64,000 nucleotides of DNA from Candidatus Eiseniibacteriota bacterium (GCA_965224245.1 CBDCYW010000010.1:1-64000), one strand, 5' to 3'; counted from the first letter of the stretch, positions 20,064 through 30,583 are shown. Translations and numbers: made by a program. The notes: generated from the letters alone by a model not told the origin.

Positions 20064-21914
20064 ATGTGGCATGACAACGAAACAACCGTTGACCTACTAG
20101 GGTACGGTCGCTTTTCGAACGTTGTAGCGGACCTCGCTTTGGATGAACGCGTTCTTCCGGTGACCATTGGACTATTCGGGGATTGGGGAAGCGGAAAGTC
20201 AAGCGTGTTGGGCATGGCGGAGGAGAAACTCACAACGCAAGAGAAGGTCTTGACGCTCCGCTTCGACGGCTGGCTTTTCGAGGGTTACGACGATGCAAAA
20301 GCCGCCCTGATGACCACGATCATCGATAAGCTCCAATCTCATATCAGCGATAACAAGACGATAAGCGAGAAGGTCGGTCCACGGATAAAGTCACTACTCA
20401 AACGGATCGATTGGTTCCGGACAGCCGGACTCGCAGCGAAGGGCATCCTCACGCTCACATCTCCTGTCGGTGCTGCGCATCTTGCCACCGAGGGCGTCGT
20501 CAAGGGTATCACCACACTCGCGCAGACCGTTAAGGATCCCGACCAGCTGCAGCAGTCCCTCAAGGACATGCTGCTGAAGGAAGCCCCGGGCACTCGGGAG
20601 TTACACGAGAACATCAGCGCGTTTCGAGGCGACTTCCGCAAACTTCTTGAGGAAGCAGAACTCCGGGCACTGGTCGTCCTAATCGATGACTTGGACCGCT
20701 GTCTGCCGGAGTCAGTCGTGTCTACACTAGAGGCGATCAAGCTCTTTCTATCGGTTCCTGGCACGTCCTTTGTCGTTGCCGCCGACGAGAGAGTTGTGCG
20801 ACAAGCGGTGGGGCTACGGTACCCGCACCACGAGGGTGCGGAGTTTGATTTGCCACAGGAGTATCTCGATAAGCTAATTCAGATCCCGCTAGTCCTTCCA
20901 CGCCTGGATGATAGTGAAACGGAAACCTACACATATCTGTTGTTTGCGGAACGGGCGTTGTCGGCAGAGGACTTTGAGAAGGTACTGCGACTCGTTGGTG
21001 ATAAACGTGCGAAGGAGGCAGGGCGACCACCACTCAACTTCGGGATCATCAAAGAGCTGCTGGGCGAAGCGGCGAAGGAACTGGAAACCGACTTCTCGAT
21101 TGCTGCAGCCATCGCGCCCGTTCTCGTGCACAACGGGCATGGGAATCCCCGACTTGTGAAGCGCTTTTTGAATGCGTTGGCCCTGCGGAAACAGATCGGC
21201 GCGTCACAAGGGATGGAGTTGAAGGACGCGTTGCTTGCGAAGCTCTTAGTACTGGAGCGTTTTTATGATGACCAGTTCCAAGAACTTCATGCTTGGCAGG
21301 CTGAGCAGGGTGGGATGCCAGAGCAAGTCCAAAAGCTCGAGACGGCTGCTGTAGACGAGGATACGAACGCAGCCGAAGAGTTCCCGATTTGGCTCACGGA
21401 CGCCGCACTCAAACAGTGGCTGATGACAGAGCCCAAGCTGTCCGGAGAGAACCTGTCGTCCTATTTCACGCTGGCTCGGGAGAGCGTGAGCCTCACATCG
21501 GTTGGGGCGAGGCGTCTTTCATCTGAACAGCAGAGGCTGTTTAGCCTTCTGCAGTCGCGATCGAGAGCACAGAGACGTCAGGGGGTAGAGGCTGCGAAGT
21601 CCATGGATGTGGAGGAACTGGGCTCTGTCTACGATGCACTGTGGGCGAAGGTGAAGACAAACCCAGGCGGCGACGCGATTGACGGTATTTTGGACTTGGC
21701 GCTCACCAGCGAGCCTATGGCAAGGCGCGTACTGAAGAGCTTGAAGTCGCTTCCGGCTGCTTCAATCCCAGTTCGCATAATCCCGCGTTTTGCTCAGCTA
21801 GGCCAAACGCACATGTCTCTTAGCAATGATGTGAATGCACAGTTGCGAGATTGGTCTGGGTGTGCGACTCGGCGCGTGTCGACTGCGGCGACAAGAGTTC
21901 TGAATTCGGGTTAG
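20064..21914 (+). CDS. qatA: KAP-family P-loop NTPase, QatA-like
   Basis: MWHDNETTVDLLG, GDWGSGKSS, LIDDLDRCLP, YLDKLIQIP, GNPRLVKRFLN; gene context. Confidence 0.85.
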   Translation: MWHDNETTVDLLGYGRFSNVVADLALDERVLPVTIGLFGDWGSGKSSVLGMAEEKLTTQEKVLTLRFDGWLFEGYDDAKAALMTTIIDKLQSHISDNKTISEKVGPRIKSLLKRIDWFRTAGLAAKGILTLTSPVGAAHLATEGVVKGITTLAQTVKDPDQLQQSLKDMLLKEAPGTRELHENISAFRGDFRKLLEEAELRALVVLIDDLDRCLPESVVSTLEAIKLFLSVPGTSFVVAADERVVRQAVGLRYPHHEGAEFDLPQEYLDKLIQIPLVLPRLDDSETETYTYLLFAERALSAEDFEKVLRLVGDKRAKEAGRPPLNFGIIKELLGEAAKELETDFSIAAAIAPVLVHNGHGNPRLVKRFLNALALRKQIGASQGMELKDALLAKLLVLERFYDDQFQELHAWQAEQGGMPEQVQKLETAAVDEDTNAAEEFPIWLTDAALKQWLMTEPKLSGENLSSYFTLARESVSLTSVGARRLSSEQQRLFSLLQSRSRAQRRQGVEAAKSMDVEELGSVYDALWAKVKTNPGGDAIDGILDLALTSEPMARRVLKSLKSLPAASIPVRIIPRFAQLGQTHMSLSNDVNAQLRDWSGCATRRVSTAATRVLNSG

Positions 21915-21918
21915 AGCA

Positions 21919-22683
21919 ATGGGTACCTCTGCGTCACGATCAGGTAGCAACTCTTCAACGGGCGGTGCTTGGACCACAGCCAAGACACGTGCAAGCAGGT
22001 TTGCGGGTGGAACGGGATCCTCGGCCGCCGGTGTTGTCTCGGGTTATGCAGCTGCGCTTGCTGAATCCGGAGGTGCTTCTGGAGGAGCCGGTGGCACTGG
22101 GGGTGGTGTTGGCTCCAGCCGCGTGGCGACGGCCACACGCGTCGGGCAGGGGCTCGGCGCGTTCATGGGTGACGTCGGCTCCCGGGGGTTGGACGCTGCT
22201 CTACGTGAGCGCGGCCTTGAGCAGCTCATTGGCAAGAGCGCGGAAGAGGTACTGGCAGGAATAGCTGATCACATAGCCGGCAACGGAGGGCCGCTTGATG
22301 AAGCAATTGCGCGAGCCACGGTCGTCGAGGTTCTAACCGACATATTCGACGAGGAGCAAGACGAATACGACCAACTGCAGAAGCTTCTCGAAGACCGGCT
22401 GGACGGGGACGGATTCAAGGAGATTCTACGCCTGTTCTTGTCGAAATCGATCTTTGAGATGCTGCTAGCTGACATGGCTGATCGGTTCGAAGAGAACGGT
22501 GACAGCACGTCCGAAATACTGCGAAAGGAAAGACAGATCGAGCAGTTCATCGAAGCAATGGTGGAGTTCGATCTGGGTCAGGCGGATCCCCTGCGATTCG
22601 ATTGGGCCGGTGCCGAGGGGAAGGCGCTTGTTGAAAGGAACCTCGCAGCTGCGATCGAACAGTTGGAGGTTCTTGACGAGTGA
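21919..22683 (+). CDS. qatB: QatB-like protein
   Basis: N-terminal MGTS, Gly-rich linker, position between KAP NTPase and QueC-like gene. Confidence 0.8.
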   Translation: MGTSASRSGSNSSTGGAWTTAKTRASRFAGGTGSSAAGVVSGYAAALAESGGASGGAGGTGGGVGSSRVATATRVGQGLGAFMGDVGSRGLDAALRERGLEQLIGKSAEEVLAGIADHIAGNGGPLDEAIARATVVEVLTDIFDEEQDEYDQLQKLLEDRLDGDGFKEILRLFLSKSIFEMLLADMADRFEENGDSTSEILRKERQIEQFIEAMVEFDLGQADPLRFDWAGAEGKALVERNLAAAIEQLEVLDE

Positions 22684-23990
22684 GCAGTCTCTTCCTTAGA
22701 TCCAAAGTGCGCCAGCGGGTTCCGTCGTCGTTCTCCGACGGTCTCGTGTTTGGTCCAGTGCATGAGAAGGGAACGTGCGGCTTCTCTCACACACTGGATA
22801 AGCTCCTATGTAAGCCACGCGATCCATCAGATGGGGCTCAGGCATTTGCCTGTCTGGCTGCGGCTGCGTTCCTGGCAGACAAGAGCTTCTCTCGGTCCGA
22901 GGCTACGGATCGTTGGACGAGAGACATCAGAGTCAGCTTGCCAACGTCGACTCAGGACGCTTCTCTACTCGCTCCATTCGAGGAACTTCTGACGTTTCTC
23001 TCGGGTGACAGGTGGCAGCTTGAGGGACGGGATGAAAAGGCACGCATCGGCGCGCGGAGATTCTACAAGGACAAGTTCGTCCCGGATCGCATCAGCCTCT
23101 TCTCTGGCGGCACCGATAGTCTTGTAGGCGCGATCAATGCCCTTGAGGAGGAGCACAAGGTCCTGTTGGTGAGCCACTTTGAATCAGGGATAGACGCAGG
23201 TGTTCAGAATGGCCTGGTTCGGCAGCTCCAAAGACAGTATGGAGTCGAGCGGGTCCGGCATCGCTCCATTCAGCTTTGCGTTCCCAATGCCGTGGAGAAA
23301 TCATCGCGCAGCAGATCGCTTCTGTTTTTGGCATTGGGAATCAGCGCGGCATCGGTGTATGGAGATGATACGCCACTGCTGATCCCCGAAAATGGGTTCG
23401 TCGGCCTCAACCTGCCTCTCACCGGCGCGCGTCTCGGGAGCTATAGCACCCGAACAACGCACCCTGAGTTCGTGCGCGGCCTTCGGAGGGCGCTTGAGGG
23501 GCTGTCAGTCAAGAACCCCATCGTGAATCCGCTTCAGAGTCTGTCAAAGGGTCAATCGCTTTCTACATGCGCCAACAGGGAGCTCCTTGAGCGGCTTCTC
23601 CCGGAGACAGTCTCGTGTGCGAAGGGAAACCCGGGGCGATATCAGGGGCGAGACGAGAAGAACTGCGGCTACTGTTATCCATGCCTTATGCGACGAGCGG
23701 CGTTTCACTCATTGGGAGTGGACGTCGCGAAGCACTATCTCGAAGACGCAATTGGAGAGCCAAGAACCCTGGGAGAGGATGCGAGAGGAAGGGATACTCG
23801 AGCCCTGCTTCAAGCGGCCCGCTACTACGCTGGCAGCCGCCGGCGATTGCTGGCGGGCCTCTTGAAAACCGGGCCGATATCGGGAGCGGCATCTGTCGAA
23901 GAGTGCCTGGGCGTGGCTGCTGTCGGCTACGAGGAAGTCGCTGCGCTCGTCCGGGACAAGGGCTGCCGTACCGTGAAGCGATTTGCGTAG
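22680..23990 (+). CDS. qatC: QueC-like protein QatC
   Basis: SLFSGGTDS PP-loop, RSRSLLF, PENG, STRTTHP, CGYCYPCLMRR. Confidence 0.88.
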   Translation: MSSLFLRSKVRQRVPSSFSDGLVFGPVHEKGTCGFSHTLDKLLCKPRDPSDGAQAFACLAAAAFLADKSFSRSEATDRWTRDIRVSLPTSTQDASLLAPFEELLTFLSGDRWQLEGRDEKARIGARRFYKDKFVPDRISLFSGGTDSLVGAINALEEEHKVLLVSHFESGIDAGVQNGLVRQLQRQYGVERVRHRSIQLCVPNAVEKSSRSRSLLFLALGISAASVYGDDTPLLIPENGFVGLNLPLTGARLGSYSTRTTHPEFVRGLRRALEGLSVKNPIVNPLQSLSKGQSLSTCANRELLERLLPETVSCAKGNPGRYQGRDEKNCGYCYPCLMRRAAFHSLGVDVAKHYLEDAIGEPRTLGEDARGRDTRALLQAARYYAGSRRRLLAGLLKTGPISGAASVEECLGVAAVGYEEVAALVRDKGCRTVKRFA

Positions 23991-23993
23991 GAT

Positions 23994-24341
23994 GTGGTGA
24001 TCGTGAAGGCTTTGTCTATCAAGCAACCGTGGGCGAACATGATCGCCGCCGGCGAGAAGACGATAGAAACGAGAACCTGGCTCACTGACTATCGGGGCGA
24101 TCTTCTCATAGTCTCCTCCAAGTCCCCACCCATCCATCCAGCCGGGTTCGCATTGGCAATCGCTGAGCTCGTCGACTGTAGACCCATGACCCGCGGTGAC
24201 GAACGGGCCGCCTGCTGCGACCTCTATCCGAAAGCTCAAGCATGGGTGTTGTCCAACATCCGACGCATCCGTCCGTTCCCTGTGAAAGGTAAGCTGGGTA
24301 TCTACGATGTAGAGTGTTCCCCTGAAGTCGAGGGGGAATGA
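23994..24341 (+). CDS. ASCH domain protein
   Basis: ALSIKQPWA..I..GEKTIETRTW...YRGDLLI...PVKGKLG. Confidence 0.9.
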   Translation: MVIVKALSIKQPWANMIAAGEKTIETRTWLTDYRGDLLIVSSKSPPIHPAGFALAIAELVDCRPMTRGDERAACCDLYPKAQAWVLSNIRRIRPFPVKGKLGIYDVECSPEVEGE

Positions 24342-25527
24342 CTCAGCGCTCTTGTTCGGGATCCTGAGGCGAGGCATTGTCTAGCGCCTGGTAGATGGCG
24401 TCCTCCATCAGCGCGTTCGCATACTGTCGCGCCCACTGCAGCCACTGCCCCAGATCAGAGTTCAAGTCGGTTTCGTGCCGCTCGTTGTGGGCCCTCTGTT
24501 CAAGAGAAGCGAGAAACTCCAAGATCGTCGCGCCTTTCTTCCATGCGGCCACCCAGGCGTCCAACTTGGTTCGCCTTGCCGTCTCAAGTTCGCGTCGCTC
24601 GGTTTCCAGCTGACGTCGTCGCTGCTCTTCCTCCCACTCCCTTTTCCTTCGTTCCGTTTCGAGGTCTTGGACCCGTAGGCGCTCAGCCCCTCGGATCAGG
24701 GCTAGAACAAACGCGTTGAGACAATGCTCAACCCGCTGCCTCTTGCCATCACTCCAAGTGCTTCGTGTCTGGCCTGGGATATGGCTTCTAATCTTCAGCG
24801 CGAGCCGACCATTCGGGTCACGCTTGTACTCTGGTGGTGGCGTGTAGGTCCAAGAGTCAGAAGAGAACGAGGACCGGCGTCTTACAGGCTTCGGCTCCAG
24901 CTTGGTAACATCAACTCCTTCCTCGATTCCGAATGCAATGAAGGAACCAAGGATGTGAACGCCCGTTGTGCTTGGCTCTGTTTGCGCACTTCCCCGATAC
25001 AAATCATCCTTGCTCAGGACAGGATCCGTTACCTCGACCCGGAAGCCACGATGCTCCAGAGCCTTCAGCAGCGTGTCGGTCACCAGTAAAGCTCTTTCGA
25101 TGGTGTTTCGTGAGGCACGCACATCGAGGCATGCTTGTTTGAGGAAGATAGCGCTAGGGTTCTTTGAGTGCTTTCTGAGCGCACCGGCGCTCTTTCGAAC
25201 CCATCTGTGGGAGTTGACCAGAGTCTCGGGAACGGCGATCGCCATGCCCGGCTCGTCCTCCCTGGCCAACAGGGCCAGCGCTTCGTCCCCGGTTTCATAG
25301 TCATCGAGAGGATCGTGCCAGCGCGAAACAGTGTGCTCGGCTGGTTTGCCATCGGGGAGAGGCGGGAGCGCTTTCACTTTGACCGCCTTCCCGGCGGCTC
25401 GGCGTGCCCAGTATCCTCTTCCAGGACGGGGAATGCTCAGCTTCCGGCAGATCTTGGCCAGCGCCACATCCGAGATGCCGTGCTCCTTAGCCAACTCGCG
25501 GATTGGTGTTGCCCAGACTGTTCGTCG

Positions 25528-26586
25528 TCAGAGCCTTTGGGACACTTCGCGGCTCATCGCTATGGACACTTCCCTCACGTCGGCTGGCCGGATGACGTCC
25601 TTTCTCGTGACCGGCAAGCCTAGATTGTAGCGCCTTCTGCGCCGCAGGGTCTCTCGCTTCACGAGCGCCCTCGCCGAACGGATCTCACGCCCACGGCCCT
25701 CATACACGTCCGCCGGCGTGAGGTTGTCGAGCGCCTCGTGCACGCGCTCGTGGTTGTAGTGCTCGACGAACCGACCGATCTCCTCGGACAACTCCGCGGG
25801 CTGGTAGTAGTTGCGGAGCTTCACCACGTTCTTCATCGTGCGGTGGTACCGCTCGATCTTGCCCTGGGTCATCGGGTGATACGGTCGACCCCGCGTGTGC
25901 GGGATCTCCCGCTCCTGGAGGTACCCCCGGAGCTGTCCCGAGACGTAGCAGGCACCGTTGTCGGTGAGGAGCCGAGGCCGCTGTCGCACGTGAGGCCGGG
26001 TGACTCCGGTGCGGGCGATGGCCTGTTCGAGTACCCGCTCCACGTCATCGGTCGCCATCTTCTGACAGAGCAACCAGGCGATGATGAAGCGGCTGTAGTC
26101 GTCGAGCACCGTGGCCAGGTAGTACCAGCCCCAGGCCGTCACCCGGAGGTAGGTGAAGTCCGTCTGCCAGAGCTCGTGCACGCGTCGGGTGGGGTTCGGG
26201 AACTGCTCGAGCGCCGTCAGCACCATGAACGACGGGCTCGTCACCAGGTCCTGGGCCTTCAGGATGCGATACACGCTCGATTCCGAGATGTACGTCCCAT
26301 CCACGTCCGTGAGCCGCCAGGCGAGCTCCCGGGGCGAGAGATCGGGGTGATCGAGCGCCACCTCGACCACGTGCTGCCGCTCTTCGTCGGGGATGCGGTT
26401 CCAGAACCGACGAGCGGCCGGCTTGACGCCCTCCAGCGCCTCGAACCCACCCTCCTGATACAGCCGGTACCAGCGGTAGAACGTGCTCGGGGCCACCTCC
26501 AGCTCGCGCAGCGTCTGCCGGACACCGAGCTCGGAGCCCTCGACCAGTCGGATGATCTCGAGCTTCTCGGACGCCGTGTGCCTCAT
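25528..26586 (-). CDS. Transposase OrfB (rve DDE)
   Basis: WQTDFTY, LDDYSR, TDNG, GKIERYHRT. Confidence 0.92.
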   Translation of the reverse strand: MRHTASEKLEIIRLVEGSELGVRQTLRELEVAPSTFYRWYRLYQEGGFEALEGVKPAARRFWNRIPDEERQHVVEVALDHPDLSPRELAWRLTDVDGTYISESSVYRILKAQDLVTSPSFMVLTALEQFPNPTRRVHELWQTDFTYLRVTAWGWYYLATVLDDYSRFIIAWLLCQKMATDDVERVLEQAIARTGVTRPHVRQRPRLLTDNGACYVSGQLRGYLQEREIPHTRGRPYHPMTQGKIERYHRTMKNVVKLRNYYQPAELSEEIGRFVEHYNHERVHEALDNLTPADVYEGRGREIRSARALVKRETLRRRRRYNLGLPVTRKDVIRPADVREVSIAMSREVSQRL

Positions 26587-26945
26587 TGACCGTCCGACTC
26601 GTCGGCCAGATCGGCACTTTTTTTCAGAACCGCATTGCGCACCGACAGATCGGCAACCAGATCCCGGAGCTGCCGGTTCTCCTGGCGAAGCGCGATCACC
26701 TCCGAACTCGTCGCCTCCCGCTTCGTGTTCCCCTGCAGACGCCGCTTCCCGGCCTCCAGGAACTCCTTGCTCCAGTTGTAGTAGAGGTTCGGGCTGATCC
26801 CTTCACGACGGCACAGCTCCGCGATCGTCTCCTCACCCCGGAGACCTTCCAGAACGATCCGGATCTTCTCTTCCGATGAGAACTTACGGCGGGTCTTGCG
26901 GCGGATCTCACGAACCGCCGACTCCGGGCCAGTCTTCTTCGACAT
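26583..26945 (-). CDS. Transposase OrfA (HTH)
   Basis: RRKFSSEEKIRIVLEGLRGE..IAELCRREGI. Confidence 0.9.
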   Translation of the reverse strand: MSKKTGPESAVREIRRKTRRKFSSEEKIRIVLEGLRGEETIAELCRREGISPNLYYNWSKEFLEAGKRRLQGNTKREATSSEVIALRQENRQLRDLVADLSVRNAVLKKSADLADESDGQ

Positions 26946-27217
26946 CAGGTCCGCTCCTTGGATGACGATTCAAAGAATACATCCCAGAAGTGACCATTGC
27001 GATTAAGCTTGATTGTGTCCCATCAGCTCTGACGCCGAACAGCCCAGACCTGCTCGTACAGCTCCTGGCGACGATAGGTCTTGTTTTCCCATGGCATGTG
27101 AGAACACTAGGATCTAGGAGAGTGAACATCCAGCGAAACTACGCGACCAACCGCTCAAGCTGTTGAATCCTGGCCGCTTGCCGCTCTGTGAGAAGCGTAA
27201 GGGGATGAGTTCTAGTT

Positions 27218-27237
27218 GAGTCCTGTACGGGGAGCCA
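27218..27237 (+). other. tRNA 3' fragment (tRNA-Asn-like), putative attR of the left element
   Basis: GAGT-CCTGT-ACGGGGA-G-CCA reads as partial T-loop, T-stem 3' strand, acceptor strand, discriminator and CCA; there is no upstream tRNA body. Confidence 0.75.
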
Positions 27238-27243
27238 TGCCTT

Positions 27244-27269
27244 GGGGGCGTCTACGGGCGCCCCTTCTT
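27244..27269 (+). terminator. GC hairpin downstream of the tRNA fragment
   Basis: GGGGGCGTC-TAC-GGGCGCCCC followed by TTCTT. Confidence 0.6.
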
Positions 27270-27616
27270 GTGTACGCCCGGTCGGCCCTTCTCGTCGACA
27301 CCGATCCCGTATATCGCGTTGTGGCACAACGTTCTCCAGCGATTTCCAGGCGTCGAATTCTCAGCATTTCCGCGCGCCGGGGAGCCCGCGGACGAGGTTC
27401 GCAGACCGTCCGACGTGGGCGTCAACTCTCAGCATCTGCGAACCCGCAGCCTGCTTGTTTACAGCGCCGTCGTAACCCGTTGGTACGCCTCAGGCCGGAC
27501 TGCGGCTTTCCACGACTCGCGCGAAACGGCCGCCTGACCTAAACTCTCCGCCAATACAGACCGCGCACGTTATGGACGGGGTGCAACGCCCCGCGCCAGC
27601 CGCGAAAGGCGTCGCC

Positions 27617-30583
27617 ATGCATCGCGTCGCACAGGCATCGCTCGCGCTGCTTCTGCTACCTGCCTTCGCACTCGCCTCCGACGACGACATCCACTGGTTC
27701 GATGGCTTCGCGCCACCGCCCGCCGGTGAAGGACTCAACGACAAGGTCCTCGCGATGACCGAGTACGACGGGCAGCTCGTCGTGGGCGGCGACTTCACGA
27801 TGGCCGGCGATCTCGCGGTGAACTACTTGGCGCAATGGACGGGTAGCGACTGGCTGGCGCTCGGTACCAGTCCTGATGGCGTCGTGTCCGCGCTCGGGAC
27901 CTGGAACGGTCAACTCGTCGCAGGCGGTGCGTTCACGACCATTGGCGGAGTCTCGGCGGGCAACGTGGCCGCCTGGGATGGTGCGACATGGTCCGCGCTC
28001 GGTCTTGGCGTCGACGCGACCGTGAAGGCGATCGTCGAGTTCGAAGGCGACCTCATCATCGGCGGGCACTTCCTGAACGCTGGCGCAACACCAGCGAGCT
28101 ACATCGCGCGGTGGGATGGTGCGACCTGGAGCGAGATCGGCGGCGGTATGGACTCGCGCGTCGAGGCGCTCGCGGTCTACGACGGTGATCTCATAGCGGG
28201 CGGGCTGTTCGACATCGCTGGCGGCACTCTCGTCAATCACATCGCGCGATGGGACGGCGTCGCCTGGCAATCGATGGCGGGAGGCATGTCGGCGCGCGTG
28301 CGAGCACTGGCGGTCTGGTACGGGTCGCTGGCGGTTGGCGGCGGCTTCGAGATGGCCGGAGGGGCTCCAGCCTCACGGATTGCCCTCTGGGATGGCGCGG
28401 TCTGGTCGTCGCTCGGCGGGGGAGCGGACGACGAGGTGTTCGCGCTGGCGAGCTACAACGGATACCTGGTCGCTGGCGGTGCCTTCCAGGCTGTCGACGT
28501 GCCAGCAAGTCATGTCGGCGCCTGGAATGGTTCAGCTTGGAGGTCACTGGGAAGCGGCATAGATGACGATGCGCTCTCCATCTGTCTGGCTAGTGGCGAT
28601 CTGTTCATAGCGGGCGGGTTCAACCACGCTGGCGGCGTGCTTTCACAATCCATTGCAAGGTGGGCTCGTGCGACGGATGCCATTCATTATGTGCCGCAGG
28701 AGTTCGCGACGATACAGCGCGCAGTGGACGCGTCGCCCGGATGGTCCGAGCCGGGAAGCTACACGACTGTGATCCTCAGCCCAGGTGCTTATGCCGAGGA
28801 CGTTCAGATCGTCAGAAAGGACGTTCGACTGATTGGCGAGGCGATGGCGTCAACGACTGTCAGAAGCCTCTACTGGGAGGCGGGTGGTGAGTTCGGCGGC
28901 GCGCGTGACCTCACGGTCGAGACGAGTCTCATCACTAGCGGTATCTACCCCGTAGACCTCGGTCAGTTCGACGTAACCCGAGTCGCTGCCCCAGTGATTC
29001 ACGTCTCCGGGATCGGCGGGTTCTCGATCCACGACTGCGCCGCGATTGAGATCCGCGGCTACGGCGAGGACTACCTCTCCTTTCCCGACATAGGAGGCTG
29101 CACAGCAGAGACGATAGAGGCGTTCTCTGATGGGGGATGCAGCGTCGGAGGTTGTACCGCTGAGTCGATCACGGTTGATGCATGGGAACAGTACGCCAAT
29201 GCATCTGGAAACACGGTTCTCAGTGGGAATCTTGTGGTCGACGGCAATGAGGCTACCGCGTCCTACAACAGCGTGCTGCTTGGAAACCTATCTGTCGCCG
29301 CGACGTGCGACGCGTTCTGGGCTCGGGCGAAGGCCATCGGGAACACTGTGCTATCCGGAGAACTCTACGTTGGCTCAGATCACTGGCTCGAAGCTGTGGC
29401 CAACCAGGTCGCAGGTACGATCTCAGCAGGAGCACCAAACATCCGCTTGAGCCACAATCAAACAGAGGGACTTGCCGCATTGTTCTCAGCTCCCTACTGC
29501 GACTACGTCGTGCCGATTGGCTGCGTGATCGATAGCAACTTAGTCATCGGAGACGGAGGCATACGCATCAATGGGGCCTCGCTCGCGGATCTTGTTGTCG
29601 TCAAGTCGAATACGATTGTCGATGCGATGCGTGGCATTCAGCTCACAGAGCAGCCAATGCTCGAGCTTCAAATGGTGCGGAACGTCGTTACTTCTTGTGC
29701 TGTAGGCATATCGCTGCCATCACCCGGCCCGAGTACGGTCGTCCTCTCCTGCAACGATGTGTGGGATAGCTCTGAGGCGGCGTGGCAAGGCATCGAGGAC
29801 CCGACAGGCTTGGACGGAAACATCGCAGCAGATCCGCTCTTTTGCGCGGACGAAGTGTACTCGCTCGCGGAGAATTCCCCGTGCCTCCCCGGCAACCACC
29901 CCGACGGCTACGATTGCGGCCTCATCGGTGCCCTCGGTCAGGGCTGTGGCCCGGCGCTCGCGAACCTCGCCCCGGCCGGCTTCGTCTGCCTCCCAGACTC
30001 GGCCGCCGCGTGGGCCGACGACCCCGACAGCCTCCGCGTCGGCGCCATTGTCATCAACGACGGCAACCTGACCTCGGGCACGTTCGACGTTCGCATCGAG
30101 ATCGAGGGCTGCGTCGGCTTCTGGGGTGACACGCAGACGATAGGGCCGCTGAGCCCTGGAGAAGTCGATACGGTCTTCGCCGGGCCGTTTGCCGTCGAGC
30201 CTCATCAGTGCACGGCGTCGGTGTTCGTCGACTACAACGATGATGAGACCGAGTCGTCCGAGCTGGACAACGATGTGGTGGATGCGTCGGTGTGCACGGT
30301 GGTCGGCGTACCGGGAGGAGATCAGAATGCACCCACGGCTTGGACCGCGTGGCCCAATCCGGCCTTCTCCAGCGTCCGGTTCAACGGTCCCTTGCCGATT
30401 GTCGACATCTCGATCTTCGACGTACACGGCCGGCTCGTGCGTCACCTCACGCCTTCGGGGGCGGATCATGCAGTCTGGGACCGTACCACTGAGAGCGGGG
30501 GTACCACCGCCCCGGGCGTCTACTTTGCACGCATGAGACATGAGAGCGGGGAGACAACCCTCCGTGTCTTGATCGGCAGGTAG
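27617..30583 (+). CDS. Secreted multidomain protein: beta-propeller repeats, beta-helix, CARDB-like and C-terminal FlgD-Ig/T9SS-like domain
   Basis: Signal peptide; repeats of LxxGGxF..AG....IARWDG..W; TIQRAVD; AWPNP...IFDVHGRLVR...PGVYFAR. Confidence 0.85.
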   Translation: MHRVAQASLALLLLPAFALASDDDIHWFDGFAPPPAGEGLNDKVLAMTEYDGQLVVGGDFTMAGDLAVNYLAQWTGSDWLALGTSPDGVVSALGTWNGQLVAGGAFTTIGGVSAGNVAAWDGATWSALGLGVDATVKAIVEFEGDLIIGGHFLNAGATPASYIARWDGATWSEIGGGMDSRVEALAVYDGDLIAGGLFDIAGGTLVNHIARWDGVAWQSMAGGMSARVRALAVWYGSLAVGGGFEMAGGAPASRIALWDGAVWSSLGGGADDEVFALASYNGYLVAGGAFQAVDVPASHVGAWNGSAWRSLGSGIDDDALSICLASGDLFIAGGFNHAGGVLSQSIARWARATDAIHYVPQEFATIQRAVDASPGWSEPGSYTTVILSPGAYAEDVQIVRKDVRLIGEAMASTTVRSLYWEAGGEFGGARDLTVETSLITSGIYPVDLGQFDVTRVAAPVIHVSGIGGFSIHDCAAIEIRGYGEDYLSFPDIGGCTAETIEAFSDGGCSVGGCTAESITVDAWEQYANASGNTVLSGNLVVDGNEATASYNSVLLGNLSVAATCDAFWARAKAIGNTVLSGELYVGSDHWLEAVANQVAGTISAGAPNIRLSHNQTEGLAALFSAPYCDYVVPIGCVIDSNLVIGDGGIRINGASLADLVVVKSNTIVDAMRGIQLTEQPMLELQMVRNVVTSCAVGISLPSPGPSTVVLSCNDVWDSSEAAWQGIEDPTGLDGNIAADPLFCADEVYSLAENSPCLPGNHPDGYDCGLIGALGQGCGPALANLAPAGFVCLPDSAAAWADDPDSLRVGAIVINDGNLTSGTFDVRIEIEGCVGFWGDTQTIGPLSPGEVDTVFAGPFAVEPHQCTASVFVDYNDDETESSELDNDVVDASVCTVVGVPGGDQNAPTAWTAWPNPAFSSVRFNGPLPIVDISIFDVHGRLVRHLTPSGADHAVWDRTTESGGTTAPGVYFARMRHESGETTLRVLIGR

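Larger units (their letters stand above)
25519..27041 (-). mobile_element. IS3/IS481-superfamily insertion sequence, copy 1 (intact)
   Basis: IRs TGTTCGTCGTCAGAGC / GCTCTGACGCCGAACA; 8-bp target duplication GCCCAGAC; A7G slippery site near 26618-26624. Confidence 0.92.
24343..27097 (-). pseudogene. Hypothetical HTH-like protein interrupted by IS
   Basis: Removing IS 25519-27041 and one GCCCAGAC copy restores MPWENKTYRRQELYEQVWATPIRELAKEHGISDVALAKICRKL from ATG 27097. Confidence 0.85.

Noticed and set aside
27150-27237. Complete tRNA gene
   Set aside because: No matching TCCCCGT 5' acceptor strand, D arm or anticodon arm upstream; only the 3' 20 nt are present.
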